Of a stretch of DNA of 64,000 bases, positions 19,946 to 29,439 are shown piece by piece. Origin of the DNA: Candidatus Hadarchaeales archaeon (lineage in GTDB: Archaea > Hadarchaeota > Hadarchaeia > Hadarchaeales > WYZ-LMO6). Location: positions 1 to 64,000 of the forward strand of contig JAWCKR010000001.1 in NCBI GenBank assembly GCA_038851755.1, in the 5' to 3' direction. Both the position numbers and the translations under genes were made by a program. The notes under the pieces are model-generated. The model did no database searches and had not been told where the DNA came from. It saw only the letters and a program-made list of their open reading frames with translations. Each line of letters starts with the position of its first letter. The first letter of the stretch is position 1.

Positions 19946-20809
19946 ATGTGGGTTCTGAGGACCACTCTCCTGCTGGGAGCCATGACCGGGCTCATGCTGG
20001 TGGTGGGACTGGGGCTGGCCTACGTGGCCGGTCTTCCCTTCCTCCCCACCCTCACGGCAGCCTTCATGCTCGCCATGGTGATGAACCTGGTGATGTTCTT
20101 CTACGCCGACAAGTGGGTGCTGCGGATGTACAGGGCCAAACTGGTGAGCGAGCAGGAGCAGCCCACCCTCCACCGCATCGTCTCCCGCCTTTCGGAGAGG
20201 GCGGGGCTCCCCAAGCCCAGGGTGGCGGTGGTCCCCATGGACGTGCCCAACGCCTTCGCCACGGGAAGGAATCCCAAAAACGCGGTGGTGGCCGTGACCA
20301 GGGGGGCCATGGAGGTGCTCAAGGAGGAGGAGCTGGAGGGGGTGATAGGGCACGAGCTGGCCCACGTCAAGAACCGTGACATGCTGGTGAGCACGCTGGC
20401 CGCCATCGTGGCAGGGGCCATCTCCTACCTGGCGCTGGTGGGGAGGATGCAGCTCTTCTGGGGAAGCGGTGACAGGAGGAGCGGTGGAAGCACCCTCCTT
20501 CTCCTTCTGGCCCTCATCCTCGTGCCCCTGGCCGCTCTCATGATAAGGCTGGCCGTGTCCAGGACCAGGGAGTACGGGGCGGACGAGGAGGGCGCCAGGA
20601 TCTCGGGCAAGCCCCTGGCCCTTGCCGGGGCCCTCAGGAGACTCGAGGAGTACTCACGCTCCGAGAGGATGGTCCACGGGAACCCCTCCACCTCCAACCT
20701 CTTCATCGTCAACCCCTTCAGGGGAAGCTCCCTGCTGGAGCTCTTCTCCACCCACCCCTCCACCGAGAAGAGGATCCAGAGGCTGGAGGCCCTGGCCGGA
20801 AGGGCGTGA
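19946..20809 (+). CDS. htpX: Zinc metalloprotease HtpX
   Basis: PNAFATGR, HELAH, SRTREYGAD, FSTHPSTEKRI; ATG at 19946. Confidence 0.93.
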   Translation: MWVLRTTLLLGAMTGLMLVVGLGLAYVAGLPFLPTLTAAFMLAMVMNLVMFFYADKWVLRMYRAKLVSEQEQPTLHRIVSRLSERAGLPKPRVAVVPMDVPNAFATGRNPKNAVVAVTRGAMEVLKEEELEGVIGHELAHVKNRDMLVSTLAAIVAGAISYLALVGRMQLFWGSGDRRSGGSTLLLLLALILVPLAALMIRLAVSRTREYGADEEGARISGKPLALAGALRRLEEYSRSERMVHGNPSTSNLFIVNPFRGSSLLELFSTHPSTEKRIQRLEALAGRA

Positions 20810-20815
20810 ACTCGC

Positions 20816-20974
20816 TCAGAACATCAGGTGAAGGAAGACCACGAGCAGGATGGAGGCCACGGAGAAGCCCACCACCATCCTGGGGGAGACCTTTATCCCC
20901 GCACCCTCCTCCGAGAAGTACCTCATCAGACCGGCACCGCTCGGGGGCAGCCTTTCCTCCCTCCTGCGCATCAT
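20816..20974 (-). CDS. secG: Preprotein translocase subunit Sec61beta
   Basis: SGAGLMRYFSEE..IKVSP followed by a single TM helix; 52 aa. Confidence 0.88.
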   Translation of the reverse strand: MMRRREERLPPSGAGLMRYFSEEGAGIKVSPRMVVGFSVASILLVVFLHLMF

Positions 20975-21025
20975 CCCTCTCCCCTCCCCGCACCTTTTAA
21001 CCCTTCCGGGAAGAGTAGCAGTAAC

Positions 21026-22414
21026 ATGATGGTGAAGAGGTACCTGCCGGACGAGACCGTGCTGCTCAACGGGATGCTGAAGAGAAAAGTGGAGCGGGAA
21101 GAAGGCTGCGAGGTGGTGGTCCCCAACTTCCTGCTGGCCCACTTCGAGAACCAGGCCAGGGAGGGAAAGGACTCAGGGCTGGTGGGGCTGGCCGAGCTCT
21201 CCCACCTGAAGAAGCTCTCGGAGGAAGGCAGGATCAAGCTCAGCTTCTGGGGGGAGCGGGAACTCCCCGGGGAGGGCAGCCTGAGCCGACTGCTCCGTGA
21301 GGCCGCCGGTGAGTCTGATTCCGTCCTCCTCACCAGCGACCAGGTCACGGCGGAGCTGGCTAAGATCGAGGGGCTGAGGGTGGAACTCCTCTCACCACCA
21401 CTGGAGGAGAGAAGGCCCAGGCTGCTGGAGTACTTCGGCCCCGACACCATGTCCGTCCACCTGAAGGCGAAGGTGAGGCCCTTGGCGAAGGTGGGCAGGC
21501 CTGGAAAGCTGAGGGTGCAGTACGTGGGGGAACAACCCCTGAGCGAGAGGGAGCTGAGGGAGATGGTCCACGAAATCGTGGAGCTGGCCAAGCGGGACCC
21601 CGACTGCTTCGTGGAGATAGAGAGGAGGGGCGCCACGGTGATCCAGTACAGGGAGTACAGGATAGCCATAGCCAGACCACCCTTCAGCGACGGCCTAGAA
21701 ATCACGGCCGTGAGGCCCGTGGCCAAGGTGAGGCTGGAGGACTACAAGCTCTCCAACAAGCTGAAGGAGAGGCTGAAGAGCAGCGCGGAGGGCATCCTCA
21801 TCGCGGGACCGCCGGGTGCGGGGAAGAGCACCTTCGCCCAGGCCCTGGCGGAGTTCTACCGTTCCTCCCACAGGATCGTGAAGACCATGGAGTCGCCCAG
21901 GGACCTGCAGGTGGGGGACGAGATCACCCAGTACACCTCCCTGGAGGGTGACATGGAGAAGACCGCCGACATCCTCCTCCTCGTGAGGCCCGACTACACC
22001 ATCTACGACGAGCTGAGGAAGACCTCCGACTTCCAGATCTTCACCGACATGAGGCTGGCGGGGGTGGGGATGGTGGGAGTGGTGCACTCCACTAGGGCCA
22101 TCGACGCCATCCAGCGCCTCATAGGAAGGGTGGAACTCGGGATGATCCCCATGATCGTGGACACCGTCATCTTCATCAAGGAGGGGGAGATCTCGCAGGT
22201 GTACTCCCTGAGGTCCTCCATCAAGGTCCCCGCCGGGATGAGGGACGAGGACCTGGCCAGGCCCCTGGTGGAGGTGCTGGACTTCGAGACCGAGGAGCCC
22301 GTCTACGAGATTTACACCTTCGGGGAGCAGGTGGTGGTCAGCGACCTGAGGGAACTCAGGCACCACGGGAGGGAGGCCCCCCCCTTCAGGTACTCCCGCA
22401 GGAGGTGGAGGTAG
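21026..22414 (+). CDS. PIN-domain ATPase (PINA/MJ1533-like)
   Basis: N-terminal PIN-like YLPDETVL...LLTSD; TMSVHLK, GPPGAGKST, TMESPRDL, RPDYTIYDELR, RVELGMIP. Confidence 0.88.
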   Translation: MMVKRYLPDETVLLNGMLKRKVEREEGCEVVVPNFLLAHFENQAREGKDSGLVGLAELSHLKKLSEEGRIKLSFWGERELPGEGSLSRLLREAAGESDSVLLTSDQVTAELAKIEGLRVELLSPPLEERRPRLLEYFGPDTMSVHLKAKVRPLAKVGRPGKLRVQYVGEQPLSERELREMVHEIVELAKRDPDCFVEIERRGATVIQYREYRIAIARPPFSDGLEITAVRPVAKVRLEDYKLSNKLKERLKSSAEGILIAGPPGAGKSTFAQALAEFYRSSHRIVKTMESPRDLQVGDEITQYTSLEGDMEKTADILLLVRPDYTIYDELRKTSDFQIFTDMRLAGVGMVGVVHSTRAIDAIQRLIGRVELGMIPMIVDTVIFIKEGEISQVYSLRSSIKVPAGMRDEDLARPLVEVLDFETEEPVYEIYTFGEQVVVSDLRELRHHGREAPPFRYSRRRWR

Positions 22415-22925
22415 GCCCCCCACCGCCCGGAAGGAATTTCCTCTGAAGCTCCACCACCTCCCCGCTGTTCCTCGCCCCGGCATACTCCTCCAGCCGCTCT
22501 AAGTTGAGGTCGAAGAAGGAGGGTCCCCACTTGAAGGGCCTGAGCATTTCCTCCGCCTCCTCCCTGTGCCCCAGGATGAAGAGGGCCGCAGAGAGGGCCT
22601 CGGCCGTGCTCAGGATGGTGGGCCTCCCGTAGTGGGTGGGGTTGGCGGCCACCAGGTAGGGGAGGACCCTGGGCAGCAGACCCCTGGGAAGGACCTGATC
22701 ACGGAGGCGCTTCCAGGAGCAGTCCAGGGCCACCAGCCCCTTCCTCTCGGCGGCCTCCCTGTCCTCACGAGAAAGGGCCTTCTCGGCCCTCGGATCCAGC
22801 AGAACTGCGCCGCGTGGGAGCTCACGGAGGCGAAAGACCATCTCCACCTTCCCGAACCTGCGCAGGCGCAGGGCGGTGCACCTCCTGGGATCGCACTCCC
22901 TGGCGCCATACACCACTATCCTCAG
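22386..22925 (-). CDS. tsr3: 16S rRNA aminocarboxypropyltransferase
   Basis: ECDPRRCT, LDCSW, LPYLVAANPTHYG, LSTAEAL, FKWGPSF; start is CTG at 22925 or GTG at 22916. Confidence 0.9.
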   Translation of the reverse strand: MRIVVYGARECDPRRCTALRLRRFGKVEMVFRLRELPRGAVLLDPRAEKALSREDREAAERKGLVALDCSWKRLRDQVLPRGLLPRVLPYLVAANPTHYGRPTILSTAEALSAALFILGHREEAEEMLRPFKWGPSFFDLNLERLEEYAGARNSGEVVELQRKFLPGGGGPTSTSCGST

Positions 22926-23956
22926 GACCCTCCCCCTTCAGAACTGGTGTCCGCGTCCCTAAAGGGGCACTCGGGATCGGAAGCGGAGGGCCTCCCCTGT
23001 ACCCTCAGCACGCGCGACATGCACCCGAAGCACTGCTGGAAGTGGGGACAGGAGGAGCAGGGTGGCTCCCTTCCTTCCCTGGACTTGAACCTGCGGATGA
23101 CCTCCGAGCCCCTCACCCTCTCCCAGGCTTTCTCCAGGCTCTCCTCCGGGTAGCGGGAGAGGACGAGGGAGGGGGGAGAGAACATGCAGGGGAGCACCCT
23201 GCCGTCAGAGGTCAGGTAGAGGGTGGTCCCGCAGGCGCAACCCTTCACCTCAGGAATGGTTATCCCGCTCCTTCCCCCAGGCAGGGAAACGCCTTCCCTC
23301 TCCGCGAAGACCCAAAGGAAGGGGGCGTCGTAGTAGACCTCCACCCCCCAGTCCCTGCTGTAGAGCTGGCGCATGGCCTGGAGGTGGTCCTGTGGGGAAA
23401 GACCGTGGGCACGGTAGTAAGGGTCCTCCTTTCCGTTCCTGGGCTGAAGGGGGATGAAGGTCACGAACCTTCCACCGTGCTCCCTGACGAACTCCACCGT
23501 TTCCTCCATCTGATGCAGGTTCTTCTTGGAGAGAACCACCGTGACACCGTGGAAGATACCCTCCCCGCTGGCCTCCTCCACCCCCCGGCGGAAGGACTGG
23601 AAACTGGCCCCCTCCTTCGTGCCCTCGTATACCTCCCTGCTCGCCCCGTCCATGGAGAAAACCACCCTCACCCCCCTCTTCCCCAGCTCCCTGGCAACCT
23701 CTCCACTGAGCGAGGAACCGCTGGTGATGAGGTAGAGGTCCAGCCCCTCCATCCTCCCCAGGAGGGAGAACAGGTCCTCCCTCAGGAGGGGCTCCCCACC
23801 CTCCAGGATCACCCAGTCCGGCCTCAGCTCCACTATCTCCTCCGCCAGCTGCAGGAGGAGTTCGCTGGGCATCTCTCCCCCCTTCTCCGCCAGGCAGTGC
23901 CCGCACCTCAGGTTGCACCTGGAGGTTATGGCCCAGTCCACGAAGCGCGGTCTCAT
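22922..23956 (-). CDS. Radical SAM/SPASM domain protein (NirJ/Ahb/PqqE-like)
   Basis: CNLRCGHC, GGEPLLR; SPASM CACG...DGRVLPC...CSSC..FQQCFGC...C. Confidence 0.88.
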   Translation of the reverse strand: MRPRFVDWAITSRCNLRCGHCLAEKGGEMPSELLLQLAEEIVELRPDWVILEGGEPLLREDLFSLLGRMEGLDLYLITSGSSLSGEVARELGKRGVRVVFSMDGASREVYEGTKEGASFQSFRRGVEEASGEGIFHGVTVVLSKKNLHQMEETVEFVREHGGRFVTFIPLQPRNGKEDPYYRAHGLSPQDHLQAMRQLYSRDWGVEVYYDAPFLWVFAEREGVSLPGGRSGITIPEVKGCACGTTLYLTSDGRVLPCMFSPPSLVLSRYPEESLEKAWERVRGSEVIRRFKSREGREPPCSSCPHFQQCFGCMSRVLRVQGRPSASDPECPFRDADTSSEGGGS

Positions 23957-23999
23957 CTTTCCACCAAAACCCAAGCCTCCCCCTATAAAAGCGAAACTA

Positions 24000-24398
24000 C
24001 TAGAGCTCCACCACCGTCCAGCCGCGCCTCCTCAGCTCCTCCGCCACGAAACGTCGGTGGCAGGCGGAGGAGGGCGGCTCCACGCACATCACGCAAACCC
24101 TCTGCCTCTCCGCCAGCCTCTCAAGCCTCTCCATCCCTCTTGCAAACTCCTCCGTGCGCATGAACTTACGGTACCCTCCCCTCCTGTAACCCCCCAGCTC
24201 GGGGAGGTGGAGGTAGGAGAGTCCTCGCGGAGGAAGGGACCTCTCCAGCTCCTCCTTCCTGAACTCCTCCCGCCTGGAGGTCGGGAAGGCCCTCACATCC
24301 ACCACCATTTCCACCCCCTCCTGCCGCAGGAGTTCCACGAGCTGCTCCAGGCTCTTGTTCCCGTAACCCACCGTCCAGACCCTCTTCTCCCCACCCAC
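24000..24398 (-). CDS. DUF488 family protein
   Basis: WTVGY, VDVRAFPTS, YLHLPELGG, MCVE....CHR. Confidence 0.85.
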   Translation of the reverse strand: MGGEKRVWTVGYGNKSLEQLVELLRQEGVEMVVDVRAFPTSRREEFRKEELERSLPPRGLSYLHLPELGGYRRGGYRKFMRTEEFARGMERLERLAERQRVCVMCVEPPSSACHRRFVAEELRRRGWTVVEL

Positions 24399-24442
24399 CG
24401 GGTTATATCGAGAGAGGGGGGATTTAAAAGGGGGACGGTGCC

Positions 24443-25555
24443 TTGAGGATTTCCAACGCCAGGATCCTGGAGGGAAGAGAGCTGGAGATGGTGGAGGGCT
24501 ACCTGGAGATCAGGGGAGAAAGGATAGAGGAGGTCGGGAGCGGTTACACCCCTCGCTCGGACCTGGACCTGAAGGGCGGGTTCGTCCTCCCTCCCCTCGT
24601 GAACGCCCATACCCACCTGGCCGACTCGGTGGCCCGCGAGCTCTACTCCGGAAGAACGCAGGAGGAGACGGTGGGGCCCGGAGGGCTCAAGTTCAGGGTG
24701 CTGGAGGAGACCCCCGAGCGGGTGCTGGTGCGGGAGATGCAGCTCACCCTGCAAGGCATGCTGAGAGCGGGCACCCTGGCCCACTGCGACTTCAGGGAGG
24801 GCGGGGGGAGGGGTGTGGAGCTCCTGCGCGGGACCTCGTGGAGAGGCAGGAGCGTGGTACTGGGGCGTCCCCTGCCAGGGGAGGATTTGGAGAAGCTCCT
24901 GTCGAAGGCGGACGGGATAGGTCTCCCTTCCCTCATCCAGCACTCCCCCGAAGAACTTCGCAGGCTCTCCGGTGAGGCGAGGAGGAGGGGGAAGCTTTTC
25001 TCCGCCCACGTGGCCGAGCTCCCACGCCACGCGGGGGAGGAAATCCGGAGGGCCCTCAGGCTGAGGCCCTCCTTCGTCGTCCACCTCACCCACGCGAGGA
25101 GGGAGGACCTCTCCTCCCTCAGGAAAAGGGGGGTGTCGGCGGTCTTCTGTCCCCGCTCCAACCTCCTCCTCTCCGCCGGGATTCCGCCCATAGGCGCGGC
25201 CCTGGAGGAGGGACTCCCCTTCATGCTCGGGACCGACAACGTGTCCGTGTGTACCCCCAACCTCTGGGAGGAACTCAAGTTCGCCTGGGCATGCGTCAGG
25301 AGGGAGAACCCGAGGGCGGGCGCGGAGGAAGCAAGGGCCCTCCTGAGGGCCGCTACCCTGGAGCCCTCCCACCTCCTCGGCCTGCCCTGGGGCCCGGTCG
25401 AGGAGGGTGGTGAGGCCACTTTCCTCCTCCTTTCCGCGGGGGGTGAGCTCAGGAACCTCACGGACCCCTACGCCGGGCTGGTGAGTCGCACCCAGCCGGA
25501 GAACCTGAGGGCGATATGGTGGAAGGGGAAGAATATTTTAAGAACAAGAAGGTAG
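24443..25555 (+). CDS. Amidohydrolase family protein (deaminase-like)
   Basis: VNAHTHLAD, DFREGG, AHVAE, VHLTH, CPRSN, LGTDN. Confidence 0.85.
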   Translation: MRISNARILEGRELEMVEGYLEIRGERIEEVGSGYTPRSDLDLKGGFVLPPLVNAHTHLADSVARELYSGRTQEETVGPGGLKFRVLEETPERVLVREMQLTLQGMLRAGTLAHCDFREGGGRGVELLRGTSWRGRSVVLGRPLPGEDLEKLLSKADGIGLPSLIQHSPEELRRLSGEARRRGKLFSAHVAELPRHAGEEIRRALRLRPSFVVHLTHARREDLSSLRKRGVSAVFCPRSNLLLSAGIPPIGAALEEGLPFMLGTDNVSVCTPNLWEELKFAWACVRRENPRAGAEEARALLRAATLEPSHLLGLPWGPVEEGGEATFLLLSAGGELRNLTDPYAGLVSRTQPENLRAIWWKGKNILRTRR

Positions 25556-25570
25556 TGGTCTGAAGCTGGG

Positions 25571-26413
25571 GTGAGGAACCTGAAGGTAAAGGACGTGATG
25601 ACGGGCGAGGTGAAGTGCGCCGAGATCCCAGGCACCAGGGCCGAGGCCATCGAGCTCCTGAAGAAGCTGGAGGTGAGCGCCATCCCAGTGGTCAACGCCA
25701 ACACCAGGGAACTGGTCGGGATGGTGACCCTCAGGAAGCTGCTCGAGCACCCGGAGGAGGACCAGCTGGCGATGCTGGTGGACAGGGGGGTGCCCAGGGT
25801 GAGCCCTGAGGACGAGCTGAAGGTGGCGGCGGAGCACATCCTGAGGACGGGGAACCGGAGGCTCCCGGTGGTGGAGGACGGGGAGGTGGTGGGGGTGATA
25901 ACCGTCAGGGACATCGTGTACCGGGCCCTCGCCACCATGAACCTGGAGAGACCCGCCTCTGACTTCATGCAACCGAGCGTGGCCGCCGTTTGGGAGGGAA
26001 CCCCCCTCAGGGCCGCCGTGGAGATCATGAGCCTCGCGAAGGTGAGGGCCCTCCCCGTGATAAACGAAACCGGGGACCTGGTGGGGATCATCGACGACTC
26101 CGACATCATCAAGCTGGCGGAGGTGGAGACCACCTCCAAGATCAGCCAGATGACGGGAAAGAGCGAGGGGGACAGCTGGAGCTGGGACAGCGAGGCCAGG
26201 ATCTACATCACCAAGACCGAGCTGAGGCTACCCCCCGTTCCGGTGAAGGAGGTCATGGTGAAGGAACTGATCTACATCACGAAGAAAACCTCAGTAAGCA
26301 GGTGCGCCCAGCTGATGAAGGAGAACCGCATAGAGCAAACGCCCGTCCTCTCCGCTGATAACAAGTTTTTGGGGCTGGTGAGGGACATAGACCTGCTGGG
26401 TGCTCTCCTCTGA
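25571..26413 (+). CDS. CBS domain protein (four CBS repeats)
   Basis: Repeated VKDVM, IPVV, LVG[MI][VI] CBS motifs. Confidence 0.88.
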   Translation: MRNLKVKDVMTGEVKCAEIPGTRAEAIELLKKLEVSAIPVVNANTRELVGMVTLRKLLEHPEEDQLAMLVDRGVPRVSPEDELKVAAEHILRTGNRRLPVVEDGEVVGVITVRDIVYRALATMNLERPASDFMQPSVAAVWEGTPLRAAVEIMSLAKVRALPVINETGDLVGIIDDSDIIKLAEVETTSKISQMTGKSEGDSWSWDSEARIYITKTELRLPPVPVKEVMVKELIYITKKTSVSRCAQLMKENRIEQTPVLSADNKFLGLVRDIDLLGALL

Positions 26414-26432
26414 CCCTCAGGGGGTGAAGCCC

Positions 26433-27983
26433 TTGTCGTCAGGGGAAGAGCTGATGGAGCTGGCCAAGCGCAGGGGCTTTCTCTGGCCCTCCTTCGAGCT
26501 CTACGGTGGAGCCAGCGGCTTTTACGACTTTGGTCCGCTGGGCAACGTTCTGAAGAACAAGATCGTGGAGAAATGGAGGGAGCACTTCGTGAGAAAGGAG
26601 GGCTCCCTCGAGATAGACTCCCCCACCCTCACCCCGGAGGAGGTCTTCAGGGCCAGCGGGCACCTGGAGCACTTCGTGGACCTCATGAGCGAGTGCGGGA
26701 AGTGCGGGCAGCCCTTCAAGGTCTCCGAGCTGGTCAGGGAGAAGACCGGGCTGGATGTGGAGGGAAGGCCGAAGGAGGAGGTGGAGGCCCTGCTGGAGGA
26801 GAGGGGGATCACCTGCCCCGACTGCGGTGGGAAGCTGGGGAGGGTCTTCGAATTCAACACCATGTTCAGGACCACCATAGGTCCCGGCGGGAAGAAGGTG
26901 GGATACCTCAGGCCCGAGACGGCGCAGGGGATCTTCGTAGACTTCAGGCGCCTTTGGAGGCACGGGAGGGAGAGGCTTCCCCTTCCGGTGGCACAGATAG
27001 GAAAGGGTTACAGGAATGAGATCTCCCCCAGGCAGGGTATCATCAGGCTCAGGGAATTCACCATGGCCGAGCTGGAGGTTTTCTTCGACCCCAGGAACCC
27101 CACCCACCCCTCCTTCGAGAAGGTGAGGGGAGAGAGGCTCAGGCTGTGGAGGGCGGAGGACGAGATGAGGGGGGAGGAGAGGATGGTGGAGGTGAGCGCG
27201 GGGGAGGCGGTGGAGAGGGGGATGGTATGCCACCAGCTGATGGCCTACTACCTGGCCCTCACCAAGAGGTTCCTGCTGGATCTGGGGCTGCCGGAGGAGC
27301 GCCTCAGGTTCAGGGAGCAGACCCCTGGGCAGAGGGCCCACTACTCCAGGGAAACGTGGGACGCCGAGGTCAGGACGGAGAGGTTCGGCTGGGTGGAGGT
27401 GGCGGGTATAGCCTACCGGACGGACTACGACCTCTCCAGGCATGCCGAGGCCAGCGGGGAGGACCTCTCCGTGGTCCTGCAGCCCGAGAAGAGGAAGGAG
27501 ATATGCCACGTGGTGGAGCCCTCCTTCGGCATAGACAGGATTTTCTACTGCGTGCTGGAGACGGCACACCTCCAGGGGAAGAAGGGGCTGAGGTTCAAGA
27601 AGGAGCTCTCTCCCCTGGAGGTGGGCGTCTTCCCCCTCCTCCGCAGGGACCATCTGCCCGAGAAGGCCAGGGAGGTGGTGGAGCTGCTGAGGGGGAGGGG
27701 GTTCTGGGTGGAGTACGACGAGGCCGGATCCATAGGAAGGAGGTACGCCAGGGCCGACGAGGTGGGCACCCCCTACTGCGTCACGATCGACCACCGCACC
27801 CTCTCCGACGGGACCGTAACCATCAGGGAGAGGGAGACCGCCAGGCAGGTGAGGACCCCCCTGGACAGGTTACCCTCAGTCCTTTCCTCCCTCCTCAGGG
27901 ACGAGCTGAAGTTCGAAGAGGCGGGGACTCCTCTAGAGGGCAAAGAGAAGGGGGAAGAGGAGGAAGAGGGAGAAGAGGGTTAG
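26433..27983 (+). CDS. glyS: Glycine--tRNA ligase (alpha2 type)
   Basis: AKRRGF, ASGHL, YLRPETAQG, YRNEISPRQG, VVEPSFGIDR, GSIGRRYARADEVG; start approximate (TTG 26433). Confidence 0.95.
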   Translation: MSSGEELMELAKRRGFLWPSFELYGGASGFYDFGPLGNVLKNKIVEKWREHFVRKEGSLEIDSPTLTPEEVFRASGHLEHFVDLMSECGKCGQPFKVSELVREKTGLDVEGRPKEEVEALLEERGITCPDCGGKLGRVFEFNTMFRTTIGPGGKKVGYLRPETAQGIFVDFRRLWRHGRERLPLPVAQIGKGYRNEISPRQGIIRLREFTMAELEVFFDPRNPTHPSFEKVRGERLRLWRAEDEMRGEERMVEVSAGEAVERGMVCHQLMAYYLALTKRFLLDLGLPEERLRFREQTPGQRAHYSRETWDAEVRTERFGWVEVAGIAYRTDYDLSRHAEASGEDLSVVLQPEKRKEICHVVEPSFGIDRIFYCVLETAHLQGKKGLRFKKELSPLEVGVFPLLRRDHLPEKAREVVELLRGRGFWVEYDEAGSIGRRYARADEVGTPYCVTIDHRTLSDGTVTIRERETARQVRTPLDRLPSVLSSLLRDELKFEEAGTPLEGKEKGEEEEEGEEG

Positions 27984-28862
27984 GAACATCACCGCCGCCC
28001 CGTAGAGACCCTCCTCGCTCCGGTAGGTGTGTGCCAGGATCAGGTTGAAGGCGGCGGGGGGCATGAGGGAGAGGAGGAGGGAAGGCTTGGGGGAGAGGTC
28101 GGAGGTGAAGTTCAGGTCCAGCAGCATCATCGCCAGGATGGTGATGGCGGGAGAGAGCAGGAACCTGGCCGACCCTATCACGAGCAGCTCCTCCTTGTAC
28201 TTCCCTGGTTTGACCACCTCCAGGCAGTATCCCGCGAAGAGCAGCATCAGGAAGAAGAAGGGTCCGGCCAGATAGGCATCGAAGAAGCTCCCCACCTCCT
28301 CGGGGAGGGGAGTTCCAAGCGCCACGAAGGCCGAGGCGCAGAGGAGGGCCAGGAGGGGCGGGAAACCCGTGAGGTAGTCCAGGAGGTGCTTCCTCTTCCC
28401 CGAAAGGGAGGAGAGCATGAAGACCCCCACCACCAGGTTGGGAACGGCCACCGCCACCGCGTAGAAGCTGGCCGGAAGCAGGTACTCGGTCCCCAGCAGG
28501 GCGTACACCAGGGGGAGGCCAAGGTGGCCCACGTTCATGAAAGCCGAGTTCAGGACCACGCCCACCGTCCTCTCCCTCTTCAGTCCGGCGAGGAGGCAGA
28601 GGCCGGCGGAGAAGAGGAAGCAAGCGCCTACCGCGAGGATGGCCATCCACATCGCCCCCAAACCTCCCAGGAGCTCGGAGGGGGAGTACCGGGCTATGGA
28701 CACCAGCACCGTGATGGGGAGAATCGCGCACATGATCAAGGCCTCAAGCAGACGGAAGAAGGGAGCGGTGAGAGGCCTCAGCCCACCTACCCTCCTGAGC
28801 GCCGCCCCCGCCAGGAGGGGCACCAGCACGTAAACGGCCGTTCCCAGGTAACCCGACATCAA
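27933..28862 (-). CDS. AEC (auxin efflux carrier-like) family transporter
   Basis: About 10 TM segments, FMNVGHLGLP, MPPA. Confidence 0.8.
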   Translation of the reverse strand: MMSGYLGTAVYVLVPLLAGAALRRVGGLRPLTAPFFRLLEALIMCAILPITVLVSIARYSPSELLGGLGAMWMAILAVGACFLFSAGLCLLAGLKRERTVGVVLNSAFMNVGHLGLPLVYALLGTEYLLPASFYAVAVAVPNLVVGVFMLSSLSGKRKHLLDYLTGFPPLLALLCASAFVALGTPLPEEVGSFFDAYLAGPFFFLMLLFAGYCLEVVKPGKYKEELLVIGSARFLLSPAITILAMMLLDLNFTSDLSPKPSLLLSLMPPAAFNLILAHTYRSEEGLYGAAVMFLTLFSLFLLFPLLFAL

Positions 28863-28925
28863 CCACCACTCTCCCCTTCCACCATAAAGCCAAGCCTTAT
28901 TTCTCCCCAGACGAAAAGGAAGGGA

Positions 28926-29438
28926 ATGGCCAACCGAAGACCCTCGATGGACGAGTACTTCCTGGAGCTGGCCAGGGTGGTGGGCCTGAGGTCCACCTGC
29001 CTGAGGAGGAAGTTCGGGGCCGTGATCGTGAAGGACGGGGTGGTGCTGAGCTCAGGCTACAACGGGGCGGCACGAAAGGTGAGGGAGTGCACGGAGGTGG
29101 GCATCTGCCTGAAGGACGCGGTTGGGGCACCCCACGGGGAGGGCTACGACGTCTGCCCGGCCGTGCATGCCGAGGCCAACGCCATCGTCAACGCCGCCAG
29201 GTCGGGGGTGAGCATCCTGGGGGGGACCATGTACCTGCACGGGCAGGACATGCAGGGGAGGGTGGTGGAGGGAAGACCGTGCACCTTCTGCCGGAGGCTC
29301 CTGATAAACTCTGGCATAGAGAAAATCGTGTTCAAGAAGGAGGACGGCACGCTGGGCTACTACGACATCAAGGAGTGGGTGAGGGACGAGTCGCTGGACC
29401 ACCAGAGGAAGATCCAGCAGTACACGGGGAAGGGATAA
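28926..29438 (+). CDS. dCMP deaminase (ComEB-like)
   Basis: RPSMDEYF, RSTCLRR, SGYNG, VHAEANA, PCTFC. Confidence 0.9.
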   Translation: MANRRPSMDEYFLELARVVGLRSTCLRRKFGAVIVKDGVVLSSGYNGAARKVRECTEVGICLKDAVGAPHGEGYDVCPAVHAEANAIVNAARSGVSILGGTMYLHGQDMQGRVVEGRPCTFCRRLLINSGIEKIVFKKEDGTLGYYDIKEWVRDESLDHQRKIQQYTGKG

Positions 29439-29439
29439 C

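Noticed and set aside
22922-24000. RiPP cluster around the radical SAM/SPASM gene
   Set aside because: No precursor peptide, PqqD-like protein or transporter adjacent.
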